Below, piece after piece: positions 46,436 through 55,362 of a DNA stretch of 64,000 nt. Position numbers and translations under genes: made by a program. The notes beneath the pieces are model-generated. The model did not search any database. It worked only from the letters and a program-made list of their open reading frames with translations, and was not told the origin of the DNA. Within the stretch, counting starts at the first letter, position 1. The number at the start of each line of letters is the position of its first letter. Origin of the DNA: an archaeon. GTDB taxonomy: Archaea; Aenigmatarchaeota; Aenigmatarchaeia; Aenigmatarchaeales; JACQIB01. Where the stretch lies: NCBI GenBank assembly GCA_035291225.1, contig DATDSO010000004.1, positions 331,130 through 395,129 of the forward strand, in the 5' to 3' direction.

Positions 46436-48574
46436 CTAAATATTGTCCTTTGATATCTGTTCCTTAACTTCTTTCGCAACAGCCTCACCCAAAATTAAAC
46501 TCAAAGTTTCCACTGGAGTTTTTTTCAAGCTCAAAATTGTTTTCATTCCAGCATTCCACAATCTGCGCGCTCTCACTCTTCCAATTCCTTTCAGCCGCAC
46601 AAGCGGGAGCAGCTCTTCCTTTATTCCATATTTCAATCGCGTGCGCAGTTTTCTTATCTCAGCCATGGATTCTCTTTTTCCCAAAAGCAAAGCAAGCTCT
46701 CCGCAAGAGTAAAGCAGCCAGTCTGCGATATCAACTTTTCCATGCAGCTCTCCGGGGGAGATTTTGAATTTTTCATTCATTTCATTTTCTCCCAATTCAG
46801 AAAGCCAGCCCTCGAACATTGCTGCGGTTTTTATTTCGGCGAGAAAAAATTCATATTCAGAATCCCATTCATCAATTGGCAAAGCCATCAGCTCATTTTC
46901 TTTTCGCGCAAGCAAATCCACATAGTCAGCAGTTTCTGCCTGCCGAACATTTAATTTCTGCCCGAGCTCGCGTGCGCTGGAAATTAAATGCAAAAGCCCG
47001 AAAGCATTTGCATTGTACTGCGCTAGGCTGCCCGCAAATTTATGCGCGGTTTCCGGATCCAAATAAAGTTCAGCAACGCGCTTTCCAATTCTTGTTGGCC
47101 GCAACTCTGTTCCAATTCTAATAATAAATTTCCACTCAGCGAGCTCGTTCAAGATTTTTTCAATTCTCTCCCCTAGCGCTGCTTCATTTGGAAATTGAAA
47201 TCCATAAAAAGTTTGCGCGAAAAATTCTTCAAGCTCTTTTTCTGTTTTTACAAGCTCGCTTCCTATAAGCGCGAGCGCGTGAGTTCTCAGAACGGGCTCG
47301 GCAGAAAGCTTGCTATAAATTTCCTCCGTTTCTCCGAGAATAAATTTTTCATACATTTCTTTTGCTTCGCGTGGGTCCTTGGCAATTAGAATCGATTCTC
47401 CCTCTTTATCAAACTGTGGCCTGCCAGCGCGGCCGCGCATCTGCTCATATTCTAAAACCGGAATGTAAACATAGCCATAGTCTGCGTAGTATCTTTTGGA
47501 ATCTCTAATTACAACTCTGAAAGCCGGTAGGTTTACTCCGGCAGCAAGCGTGGGCGTGGAGGAAATAATTTTTATTAATTTTTCCTTGAAAGCATTTTCA
47601 ATTTCCTTTCTCTGTTTTGCAACCAAGCCTGCGTGGTGGAAGGCTGTCCCATCTTTCACGCAGCCTGCCAGGCGTTTGCACTGCTTTGTCGGGCTGTCCA
47701 AGGTTCTTTCAATTTTTTCTGAAATTTCAAAAAGTTTCTCTCTCTCTTCAGCAGACAAGTGAGGCTTAACAACTTTTCCGCACTTCTCTGCAATCGCTTC
47801 TGCGCTGCGGCGCGTGGAGGAAAAAATCAGCGCCTGCTTTTTTATTTCAGCAGTTTGCCCGGCAATTCCAAGCTCACCTCCGTCCGCAAGAAACCCGTCC
47901 TTCTCTAAAAATTTTACAGCAGTCCCATCGTAAATTCCTTCATGCAGTTTCACTGGCCGCCACTCGCTCTGCACAAGCTTTCCGTTTATCCAGCTCGCCA
48001 AGTCTTTTGCGTTTTTTATTGTTGCGCTCAGAAAAAGAAAATTTATTTTCGGATTCAGCTGGCGCAGTTTTGTAATTGTAATTTCCAAAGTCGGCCCGCG
48101 GTCTGCGTCATTCAGCAAATGAACTTCATCAATAACAACAACTCCGACAGAAAAAACCCAGCTGGCTTTATGCCTCAAAAGGGAATCCATTTTCTCGCTT
48201 GTGAGAACAATCAAATCATAGTCTGCGAGCCAGCTATCAGAGGAGTCCAAATCGCCTGTGCTGATTGCAACTCTCAGGCCGAACTTGGAATATTTCTCCT
48301 TGAAGCTTTCGTATTTTTCCGAAGCTAATGCTCTGAGAGGAACAATGTAAATCGCTTTCGTTTTGTTCTCCAAAACATTTTTTACCATCATTAATTCGGC
48401 AATCAAGGTTTTTCCGCTTGCTGTTGGTGCGGAAATTATAAAAGAATTCTTCAAATCAAGCAAGCCAGCTTCAATTGCTTTCTCCTGAACAGGATTCAGC
48501 TTTTCTATTCCGGATTCTTTGAGTGAAGAAAAAAGTTTTTCTGGGAGTTTTCCTTCAAGTCTAGAAATTTGCAT
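46436..48574 (-). CDS. hel308: Hel308/Hjm-type Ski2-like DNA helicase
   Basis: Motif I APTASGKT, motif II DEVH, later helicase motifs, C-terminal HhH region; start set at internal Met. Confidence 0.85.
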   Translation of the reverse strand: MQISRLEGKLPEKLFSSLKESGIEKLNPVQEKAIEAGLLDLKNSFIISAPTASGKTLIAELMMVKNVLENKTKAIYIVPLRALASEKYESFKEKYSKFGLRVAISTGDLDSSDSWLADYDLIVLTSEKMDSLLRHKASWVFSVGVVVIDEVHLLNDADRGPTLEITITKLRQLNPKINFLFLSATIKNAKDLASWINGKLVQSEWRPVKLHEGIYDGTAVKFLEKDGFLADGGELGIAGQTAEIKKQALIFSSTRRSAEAIAEKCGKVVKPHLSAEEREKLFEISEKIERTLDSPTKQCKRLAGCVKDGTAFHHAGLVAKQRKEIENAFKEKLIKIISSTPTLAAGVNLPAFRVVIRDSKRYYADYGYVYIPVLEYEQMRGRAGRPQFDKEGESILIAKDPREAKEMYEKFILGETEEIYSKLSAEPVLRTHALALIGSELVKTEKELEEFFAQTFYGFQFPNEAALGERIEKILNELAEWKFIIRIGTELRPTRIGKRVAELYLDPETAHKFAGSLAQYNANAFGLLHLISSARELGQKLNVRQAETADYVDLLARKENELMALPIDEWDSEYEFFLAEIKTAAMFEGWLSELGENEMNEKFKISPGELHGKVDIADWLLYSCGELALLLGKRESMAEIRKLRTRLKYGIKEELLPLVRLKGIGRVRARRLWNAGMKTILSLKKTPVETLSLILGEAVAKEVKEQISKDNI

Positions 48575-48641
48575 GCAAATTACTCGTGCCGCAGGTATTA
48601 AAATCAATGCCTTTATAAATTTTCTTTCCTATAAGTTTTTA

Positions 48642-49223
48642 ATGCCTTCAGGCAAACTTCTGGTGGTCTATGGTGTGAACCACGTGCACAAGACAAACAA
48701 TGCGCGCAAGCTTGCTGAGTTAATAAAGCAGCGCGGAAAGAAAGCGGATTTTATAGAATATCCAAATTATTCTCTTGCGCCCTCTGGATTCTATATTGAC
48801 CAAGCCCTGCGCGCGAAATTAAAACTGCGCGAGGAGGAATTGCAGATTTGGTTTACCCTCAATAGATTCCAATACCAGCCTGTGCTTGAGAAAAAACTTT
48901 CAGAAGGCACGCACATTATTGCGAAAGATTATATCGGAACCGCAATTGCGTGGGCGATGGCAAAAGGAGTTGAGAAAGATTGGGTTGAAAAATTAAACTC
49001 TGTTGTCCTGAAAGAGGATGCGGCGATTTTGCTTGACAGCAGGCTTTTTGTAGGCTCAAGCAATGAACGTACTTATGGAGATTACGCGCTCGTTGAAAGA
49101 GTGAGGAGAAATCTTTTGGAGCTTGCGCGCGAACGCGGTTGGATTGTTATTGATTCGAACCGCGGGGAGCAGGAAGTTTTTGCCGATGTTGTGCGCGCGG
49201 CTGAAAAAATCGGAATTTTGTAA
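48642..49223 (+). CDS. Thymidylate/nucleoside-monophosphate kinase-like protein with degenerate P-loop
   Basis: Tmk-like layout but P-loop reads GVNHVHKT instead of GxxGxGKT; start set at internal Met to avoid overlap with hel308. Confidence 0.45.
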   Translation: MPSGKLLVVYGVNHVHKTNNARKLAELIKQRGKKADFIEYPNYSLAPSGFYIDQALRAKLKLREEELQIWFTLNRFQYQPVLEKKLSEGTHIIAKDYIGTAIAWAMAKGVEKDWVEKLNSVVLKEDAAILLDSRLFVGSSNERTYGDYALVERVRRNLLELARERGWIVIDSNRGEQEVFADVVRAAEKIGIL

Positions 49224-49322
49224 AAAATTTTTAATTCAAAATCTTTATAAATCCTCCCAGACAAGGAAATATATTAAAATCTTTCAAAAAATATTTTAAC
49301 AAAAAAACTTTTGTGATAAAAA

Positions 49323-50036
49323 ATGGAAGCAATGCCAGAGTTCATGGGATACGACCGCGCGATTGTGACTTTCTCGCCAGACGGCAGATTGTTTCAGGTT
49401 GAATATGCGCGCGAGGCCGTTAAGCGCGGGACAACCTCTCTCGGATTAATTTTTGATAAAGGAGTTGTGCTTGCAGCTGCTCGGCCAATTCAAGAGCTTA
49501 TGGTTCCGAATGTTGGCAGCGACAAAGTCCACGAAGTAGATTCAAATTTGGGATTGGCGCTTGCAGGATTTTTAGCTGATGGCCGCGTGCTTATGGATAT
49601 TGCACGAGTTAAGGCGCAGATTTTCAAACTTACTTATGATGAGCCTTTGAATGTACAGGGAGTTGTCAGGGAAATTTCTGACCGCATGCAGGTTTATACG
49701 CAGTTTGGAGGAGTGCGGCCTTTTGGAGTTGCGATTTTAGTTGGCGGGGTCGATGAGAAAGGCGCACAGCTTTTCGAAGTTGATCCTTCTTCTGCTTTCT
49801 ACGGATGGCAGGCGCAGGTAATTGGAAGGGGTTCTACTGAGGCGCTGAAAGTTTTGAAGAAAGGCTGGAATGAAAAACTTTCCGAGGAAGACGGAGTGAA
49901 GCTTGCCCTGAGCGCGCTTAAATCTGGGGAGAAAGGAATCCGCGCAGAGGAAGTTGAGGTTGCAGTTATCAACGGATCTGGGTTCAGAAAATATTCTGGC
50001 GGCGATGGGCTGAAGTTTATTAAGAAATATTTCTGA
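49323..50036 (+). CDS. psmA: Proteasome alpha subunit
   Basis: YDRAIVTFSPDGRLFQVEYAREAVKRG alpha-subunit signature. Confidence 0.9.
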   Translation: MEAMPEFMGYDRAIVTFSPDGRLFQVEYAREAVKRGTTSLGLIFDKGVVLAAARPIQELMVPNVGSDKVHEVDSNLGLALAGFLADGRVLMDIARVKAQIFKLTYDEPLNVQGVVREISDRMQVYTQFGGVRPFGVAILVGGVDEKGAQLFEVDPSSAFYGWQAQVIGRGSTEALKVLKKGWNEKLSEEDGVKLALSALKSGEKGIRAEEVEVAVINGSGFRKYSGGDGLKFIKKYF

Positions 50037-50047
50037 AGATTTTTCAA

Positions 50048-50737
50048 CTAAGGTTTAGGCAATTTCTTTGTATCAATATGCGTAAATCCTGCTCGTATAG
50101 GGTAAGCGACATCAAACACGGGAATTTCTCCAACAAAAGCCAGCGGCATTCCATAGTGCGCGTGCCCGTGCAGAGCAAAAGTAACTTTTGTTTTCAGCAA
50201 AATTTTTTCCATGCGCGAATCTCCGAGCCCGCCCCAAATTTGCTGAGGCTCTCCATCCAAAGTTTTGTAGGTTGGAGAATAGTGGGTTAGCAAAATTTTC
50301 TGCCCGCTGCACTGCCCCAAAAGTTTTTCAATTGTTTTCATTCTTTTTTCCAAATCAGAGTGCCGCGCCGCGTCAATATAGTAGCTAAGCGAGCCGCTTT
50401 CCAGGCTCCCGCGCGAGCCAACAATCCAAAATTTTTCCCCCTTTATTTTAACCTGCACTCGCTCGTTGTCGAGAATTTTTATTAGCGGGCTAAGCGAAGA
50501 AAATCTTTCAGCTGCATTTTCCGGCTCATGATTTCCCAGACAGGCAATAATGGGGCACGACCAGTCCTTTTTTTCAATCGAATCCACAAGCTTGATGTAT
50601 TCTTCAATTGTTCCCCACTGCGTCAGGTCTCCTGCAATTAAAAATAAGTCAGGCTCTTTTTCCTTCTGCAAAATCCTTTCAAAAATTTTGTAGTCCCCGA
50701 ACAAAGCATCCAAGTCGCCGATTGCTAGAATTTGCAT
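50048..50737 (-). CDS. Calcineurin-like metallophosphoesterase
   Basis: Motifs GDLD, GDL, GNHE and C-terminal HGHAH. Confidence 0.75.
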   Translation of the reverse strand: MQILAIGDLDALFGDYKIFERILQKEKEPDLFLIAGDLTQWGTIEEYIKLVDSIEKKDWSCPIIACLGNHEPENAAERFSSLSPLIKILDNERVQVKIKGEKFWIVGSRGSLESGSLSYYIDAARHSDLEKRMKTIEKLLGQCSGQKILLTHYSPTYKTLDGEPQQIWGGLGDSRMEKILLKTKVTFALHGHAHYGMPLAFVGEIPVFDVAYPIRAGFTHIDTKKLPKP

Positions 50738-50742
50738 AATAA

Positions 50743-51216
50743 TCACTTTTGTTTTAATAACTCCACTCTTATTGATTTTATATCATCCTCTTTTAGTTTT
50801 GAAAAAGCGGCCATTGTATTCGCATAAAAATCCGACGCATATTTTTTAACCTGATTTATCGTTGAATCTAAAACGCCCTTATCTGGATAGTATTGCAAAT
50901 CACTTCTTGCTTCGGAAGCTTCATAAATCATCTCAATATCTTTCTCGGAATAAAATTTTCTTAAAAAAGTTTTCATGAAAAGCAAAGAGCATGCATGTAT
51001 TTCACACTTAACTCCTATTCTCATGAGAAGCGCATATAGGCAATAGTACATTGTGTAATAAGAGGCGGAAGCAATCCAGATTTTACTCTCAAGCTTTTTC
51101 AACTGCTCCAAGGACTCTTCTGCCATTTTTAGATAAGAGCGCGAAACGTTTTCATTTGGCTCTACAAGCTCCAGCCCATTTTTTGCGCGGAGGCACCACC
51201 TAATATTTAATGCCAT
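50743..51216 (-). CDS. HEPN-domain protein (putative toxin of HEPN/MNT pair 1)
   Basis: All-alpha 157 aa protein with R-x7-H (RIGVKCEIH); overlaps upstream MNT gene by 17 nt. Confidence 0.55.
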   Translation of the reverse strand: MALNIRWCLRAKNGLELVEPNENVSRSYLKMAEESLEQLKKLESKIWIASASYYTMYYCLYALLMRIGVKCEIHACSLLFMKTFLRKFYSEKDIEMIYEASEARSDLQYYPDKGVLDSTINQVKKYASDFYANTMAAFSKLKEDDIKSIRVELLKQK

Positions 51217-51781
51217 AAAAATCTGACCAAATTTTATTTATGAAATCTTCCAAACCTTTAATTATTATGTGGTTCGACACTATCTCGCTTATCATAGGGC
51301 TTTTTTCTTTTAGCGCGGAAATAAACTGCTTCTCAGAATAAATTTTCCCGCTTATATTTAAATCGTACTTTAGCGCGACTTTTTTTATCTGAGCCCTGCT
51401 TCCATCAACAACAAACAAGTCGGTGTCGGAGGTTTTTTTCTCCGCGCCTCTTGCGTAGCTCCCGAATATGCAAATTATTTTTCCATCAATTTCTTTCATT
51501 GCCAAGTTTATTTTAGGATTTTTTTGCTGGAAAACTTTAGAATTTTCATTTTCAGCCTCCAGCAGAAATGATTTCATAACAGGGCTGCGCAGATTAAGCG
51601 AATAGTATTTTTGTTTCCCCTCTATCTTTGAAAGCAAAATATCATTTGCTTCCATTTTCTTCAGAGTTGATGCTATCCATTTCTGGCTTATTGAAACCTT
51701 CCCAACAATCTGCCTTCCGTAAATTCTTCTGTTATAATCTCCCAAAAAAAGCTTCAATATCTCAGCTTCTTTATTGTGCAT
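51200..51781 (-). CDS. Minimal nucleotidyltransferase (MNT) with N-terminal wHTH (putative antitoxin of pair 1)
   Basis: GSYARGAEKKTSDTDLFVV nucleotidyltransferase motif; N-terminal wHTH-like region. Confidence 0.65.
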   Translation of the reverse strand: MHNKEAEILKLFLGDYNRRIYGRQIVGKVSISQKWIASTLKKMEANDILLSKIEGKQKYYSLNLRSPVMKSFLLEAENENSKVFQQKNPKINLAMKEIDGKIICIFGSYARGAEKKTSDTDLFVVDGSRAQIKKVALKYDLNISGKIYSEKQFISALKEKSPMISEIVSNHIIIKGLEDFINKIWSDFYGIKY

Positions 51782-51825
51782 AATAATACACATATGTGTA
51801 GTTTTCTACTCTTTATAAACTTTTA

Positions 51826-52254
51826 TCATAAGCTTGAAATTTCTATTTCGCCGCCGGCTTTAATTTTATTTTTTTCAACAAAACCCGCCTTAACTTCAAG
51901 CGCAAATTTTATCGGGCCCGGCGGAGAATAAATTTTGCACTCTTTCTCAAAGCAGGTTTCCATTCTATCTGTTCCAATAATTCTTTTCTCAGAGTCAATC
52001 CAAATTATGTCCAGAGGAAAATTTACATTTTTCATCCAGAAGCCCTCGCTTGTGGGAGAGGGAAAAATAAAAATCATTGGGCTTGGCGCGGCGCGATACA
52101 TTAAGCCGCGCGAGCGCGTCAGCATATTGTCAGCGACTTCAGCTGAAAAAGTTTTGCCGCCAATTTTTATTTCAGCGGTTTTCGGCTTGAGATAAAAAAT
52201 TAGCAAAAGCAAAATTATTATGAAGCCGGCGAAATAAATTTTGTCCGTGGGCAT
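51826..52254 (-). CDS. DUF192-family protein with N-terminal membrane anchor
   Basis: FWMKNVNFPLDIIWID block typical of DUF192 (COG1430-like). Confidence 0.65.
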   Translation of the reverse strand: MPTDKIYFAGFIIILLLLIFYLKPKTAEIKIGGKTFSAEVADNMLTRSRGLMYRAAPSPMIFIFPSPTSEGFWMKNVNFPLDIIWIDSEKRIIGTDRMETCFEKECKIYSPPGPIKFALEVKAGFVEKNKIKAGGEIEISSL

Positions 52255-52286
52255 TATTTAAATTTGACTTCCCATTTTAAAAGCAC

Positions 52287-52568
52287 GGGCTCGTGGTCTA
52301 GTCCATCCCTTCTTTCTTTTTCCGAAAGAAGAGCTTCAAAAAAGAAAGAAGCGATAGGTTTTCGGAAGAAAGAAAAAGACGGATGGAGAAATTGGAATGA
52401 AGCGCCCGCGCTTCAGCACGGGAAGAGCTTCAACACAATGACGCGACGTTCGCAACGTCGAAGCCGTGGGTTCAAACCCAAGCCTTTTTCGTGAAAAAGG
52501 CTAGGGCTTATCCAAAAAAGCAGATAGCCGCTTCGCGGGTATATCAGAAATTCCCACCGAGTCCACCA
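52287..52568 (+). tRNA. tRNA-Ala (anticodon CGC) with T-loop intron and a long unresolved D-region insertion; encoded CCA
   Basis: Acceptor GGGCUCG/CGAGUCC with G3:U70, A73-CCA; anticodon arm CGACG-UUCGCAA-CGUCG (52444-52460); T-stem GUGGG/CCCAC split by 52477-52551; D-stem GUCU/UGAC split by about 135 nt. Confidence 0.6.
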
Positions 52569-52570
52569 AT

Positions 52571-52810
52571 TCAACTATAGAAGCGCATTGTTCCAAACCC
52601 TATATCATCCTCAGAGACTCTTACTTCGCCTCTCTGAACAGCCTCGTCAAGAAATCTTTCTACCCGGTCTCTCACCCGTGGATATTCGGGATGTCCGACT
52701 GGACATATTTGTACAGTAACTGCCTCGGCGGGGAATTCTCCAGAATTATCATATCTTGCGCGTAGTTCTCTCAGCCTTGCTTTGGCGGTTTCTCTTGAAA
52801 CAAACAACAT
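52571..52810 (-). CDS. Hypothetical small protein (79 aa)
   Basis: Intact ORF between two tRNA genes; GC-richer than surroundings; no motif. Confidence 0.3.
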   Translation of the reverse strand: MLFVSRETAKARLRELRARYDNSGEFPAEAVTVQICPVGHPEYPRVRDRVERFLDEAVQRGEVRVSEDDIGFGTMRFYS

Positions 52811-52934
52811 GGAAATAAATGATTTCTGACAAATTTAAACTTATTTACTTCACTTGCTTTCAAACGAAAATTTTATTTTATTCGACAAAAGCATGGGCGC
52901 GTTCGGCCCGCGGATAGGTCTGTTTAAAAATTAG

Positions 52935-53123
52935 TGGTGGGCGGGCAGAGATTTCCGAACCGCGGAAACCTAAGGTTTCCTCAGTTCAAGGTTTTTCCTG
53001 ATCCTTCCTCAGGTTCTTGCTTCGCAATTATTTTATTTGAACTCTGGACCCCCACATTATCAGTGTGGTGCTCGTTGGCATTTTTCTTTTTAGAAAAATT
53101 TAACCAGGCTGAGCCACCCGCCC
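52935..53123 (-). tRNA. tRNA-Ile (anticodon GAU) with D-loop and T-loop introns; encoded CCA
   Basis: Minus strand: GGGCGGG-U-G-GCUC-AGCCUGGUUA, 27 nt insert, GAGC; anticodon arm CCACA-CUGAUAA-UGUGG; T-stem CAGAG/CUCUG split by about 84 nt; acceptor 3' CCCGCCC-A-CCA. Confidence 0.65.
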
Positions 53124-53172
53124 ATTGATGTTAATTTCATAGAAGTCTTTAAAAAGTTTCAGTTGTTCAAAA

Positions 53173-55056
53173 TTATTTCAACCTAACCGTCTCCAACAAC
53201 CTCGGCGCCAGCGTCTCGCACTTGAAAATCCTGTGTGCATTCCGCGCGAACTCAATGCACTTCATAGCCTCTCCGTGGTTTGCAATAATTCTCTCAGGAT
53301 TGTTTCGCAATTTTCCAATATAGTTCATCAGCTGTTTGTAATCAGAATGCCCAGACAACCCGTCCATTGTTAGAACTTCCATATTCAGCGGAACAGATTT
53401 TGTGCGGCCGTCAATTTCCATAGGCACTTCCTTGTAGCCTTTTTGTATTTTCCTCCCAAGGGAATTTTCAGCCTGCCAGCCCACAAAAATTATCATATTT
53501 TTTTTGTCCTCAGCAAAAGCCTTGAAATAATTTACAGCCGGTCCTCCAGTCAGCATTCCGCTTGTTGAAATCACAACAGCTGGGTCGCTTGAGTCAATGA
53601 TTTTTTTCCTCTCAGTTTCCGAGCCAACTCTTTTGAAAAAATTTTGCGTGAAAGGATTCCATCCCTCAACCAGAATTTTTCTCTGCATCTCGCGGCTCAT
53701 GAACTCTGGATATGTAGTATGCAAAGCAGAAACATCCCAAATCATTCCGTCTAAATAAATTGGAATATCCAAATTCGCCATTGCAAGAATAACTTGAATA
53801 TCCTGCGCGCGCTGGACTGCGAAAGAAGGAATCAAAACTTTTCCATTTCGCGCAATTGCTTTTTTCACAGCATTTACTAATCCAGCTTCAGCTTCATCGC
53901 GCCGCGGCTGAATATCTTCAGGCAAACCATAAGTGCTTTCTGTAATTACAGTTTCAGCTCGCGCGAAATCATGGCTCGCGGGATCATACAAAAGCGTGCG
54001 GTCAAATTTTAAATCTCCTGTGTACAAAACATTATGCAATCCATTTCCAATATGCACATGCACAAGCGAGCCTCCTAGAATATGCCCATCGTTCAAAAGT
54101 GTAAGCCGCATGTCTGGAGTTATGTCAGAAACTTCTCCCCAGTCTAATGGAACGCAATGCTTCACTGCTTCTGTAATTCCTTTTGTTGTGTATGGAAGCG
54201 GTCTGCCTTCTCTCTGTGCAATTTCAATCATGTCCATGCACATCATCACCATTAAATCCCGCGAAGGCTCTGTGAGGTAAAGCGGCGCCTCGCAGCCATA
54301 TTCATAAAGCCACGGAATAAATCCTGCGTGGTCCATGTGCGCGTGGCTCAAAACAACTGAATCCAGTTTTTGCAAATCAAATTCCGGAACTCCGAGATAA
54401 GGATAGTCAGTTGAGCCGCCGGGTTTTACCCCGCAGTCCATTAGAATTCTGGATTCAGGAGTTGAAAGCAAAACCGCAGAGCGACCAACTTCCCTGAACG
54501 CGCCAAGCGCAGTCATGCGAATCCAGTCAGTCGGCTTCCACCCGCCGTGAATTCTTTTTCCAACTTTGTTCAGAAAATCTTTTCTCCACTCGCTTTCCAT
54601 GTGAATTATTTTTCTCAAAGTTTTCACAACCTCGCTCGGAATCGCAGGCGCCCTTCTTACAACAGGAGTCCAGAAAATTTGCCTTTTGATTTCGCGCAGA
54701 ATTTCCCCGCCCGCGCCGATCGCAATTCCCGGCTTGTCAACTTCAATAATTGCAGTCCCAAATCCGGGCTCAAAAGAAATTTCCCGCAAGCCCGCTTCCT
54801 CGGGAATAATTTCCTGAATTGCTTTTTTCGCTTTTTCCACATCAGCCATTATGCTCGCGTCCGGCCGCAGGAGAATTCTTTTTTTGAGCTCCATGACTTT
54901 ATTTTTCAAAACATCTCCGGGCTCTGCAAAAAATTCCTTGCTCTTTGTGTAGAGAACAATTTCACATCCCTCATATTTTATGTCAGAAATATTTGCTCCG
55001 CTGGGCAGGCCTTCTTTTACTTTTTCAAATAATTCTTGTGTTGAGATTTCTACCAT
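53173..55056 (-). CDS. aCPSF1-type beta-CASP ribonuclease with N-terminal KH domains
   Basis: N-terminal KH region, metallo-beta-lactamase motif HAHMDHAG, beta-CASP and C-terminal His motifs; 627 aa. Confidence 0.9.
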   Translation of the reverse strand: MVEISTQELFEKVKEGLPSGANISDIKYEGCEIVLYTKSKEFFAEPGDVLKNKVMELKKRILLRPDASIMADVEKAKKAIQEIIPEEAGLREISFEPGFGTAIIEVDKPGIAIGAGGEILREIKRQIFWTPVVRRAPAIPSEVVKTLRKIIHMESEWRKDFLNKVGKRIHGGWKPTDWIRMTALGAFREVGRSAVLLSTPESRILMDCGVKPGGSTDYPYLGVPEFDLQKLDSVVLSHAHMDHAGFIPWLYEYGCEAPLYLTEPSRDLMVMMCMDMIEIAQREGRPLPYTTKGITEAVKHCVPLDWGEVSDITPDMRLTLLNDGHILGGSLVHVHIGNGLHNVLYTGDLKFDRTLLYDPASHDFARAETVITESTYGLPEDIQPRRDEAEAGLVNAVKKAIARNGKVLIPSFAVQRAQDIQVILAMANLDIPIYLDGMIWDVSALHTTYPEFMSREMQRKILVEGWNPFTQNFFKRVGSETERKKIIDSSDPAVVISTSGMLTGGPAVNYFKAFAEDKKNMIIFVGWQAENSLGRKIQKGYKEVPMEIDGRTKSVPLNMEVLTMDGLSGHSDYKQLMNYIGKLRNNPERIIANHGEAMKCIEFARNAHRIFKCETLAPRLLETVRLK

Positions 55057-55085
55057 TTTTTATTTCACCTGAAATAATTTCCAAT

Positions 55086-55129
55086 GGCTCGCGCGCAGAG
55101 CAAGCTCATGCGCGCTCGCTATTGATATG
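55086..55129. repeat. GC-rich intergenic repeat, copy 3 (30-73 nt upstream of aCPSF1 start)
   Basis: ggctcgcgcgcagagcaagctcatgcgcgctcgctattgatatg; shares ggctcgc...cagagc...gcgcgct(t)cgctattgat[ag]tg with 63226-63280. Confidence 0.55.
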
Positions 55130-55325
55130 TAAAAAATATCCCCAAAAATTCTGTATGCAAAAATGTTTTTATTTTTTTCTCAGTAAATTTCAAAAAATCG
55201 TACTAAAAATTTACGTGTATGAGATTTAGATTTGCTGTAGTCTGCTTCAAGTAATCAGAATTTTCTAAAAGAATAATTGCAGAGGGGATTTATAAAGATT
55301 AGCCACGGTTGAGACCGACGGGACG

Positions 55326-55362
55326 TTCCTTCTATATTTTCCTTCTATATTTCCTTCTATAT
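55326..55362. repeat. Three tandem direct repeats of ttccttctatat
   Basis: Units at 55326-55337, 55339-55350, 55351-55362. Confidence 0.7.

Noticed and set aside
52264-52494. 76 aa plus-strand ORF
   Set aside because: Lies within the tRNA-Ala locus (5' exon and insert).
52934-53128. 64 aa plus-strand ORF
   Set aside because: Antisense to the tRNA-Ile gene.
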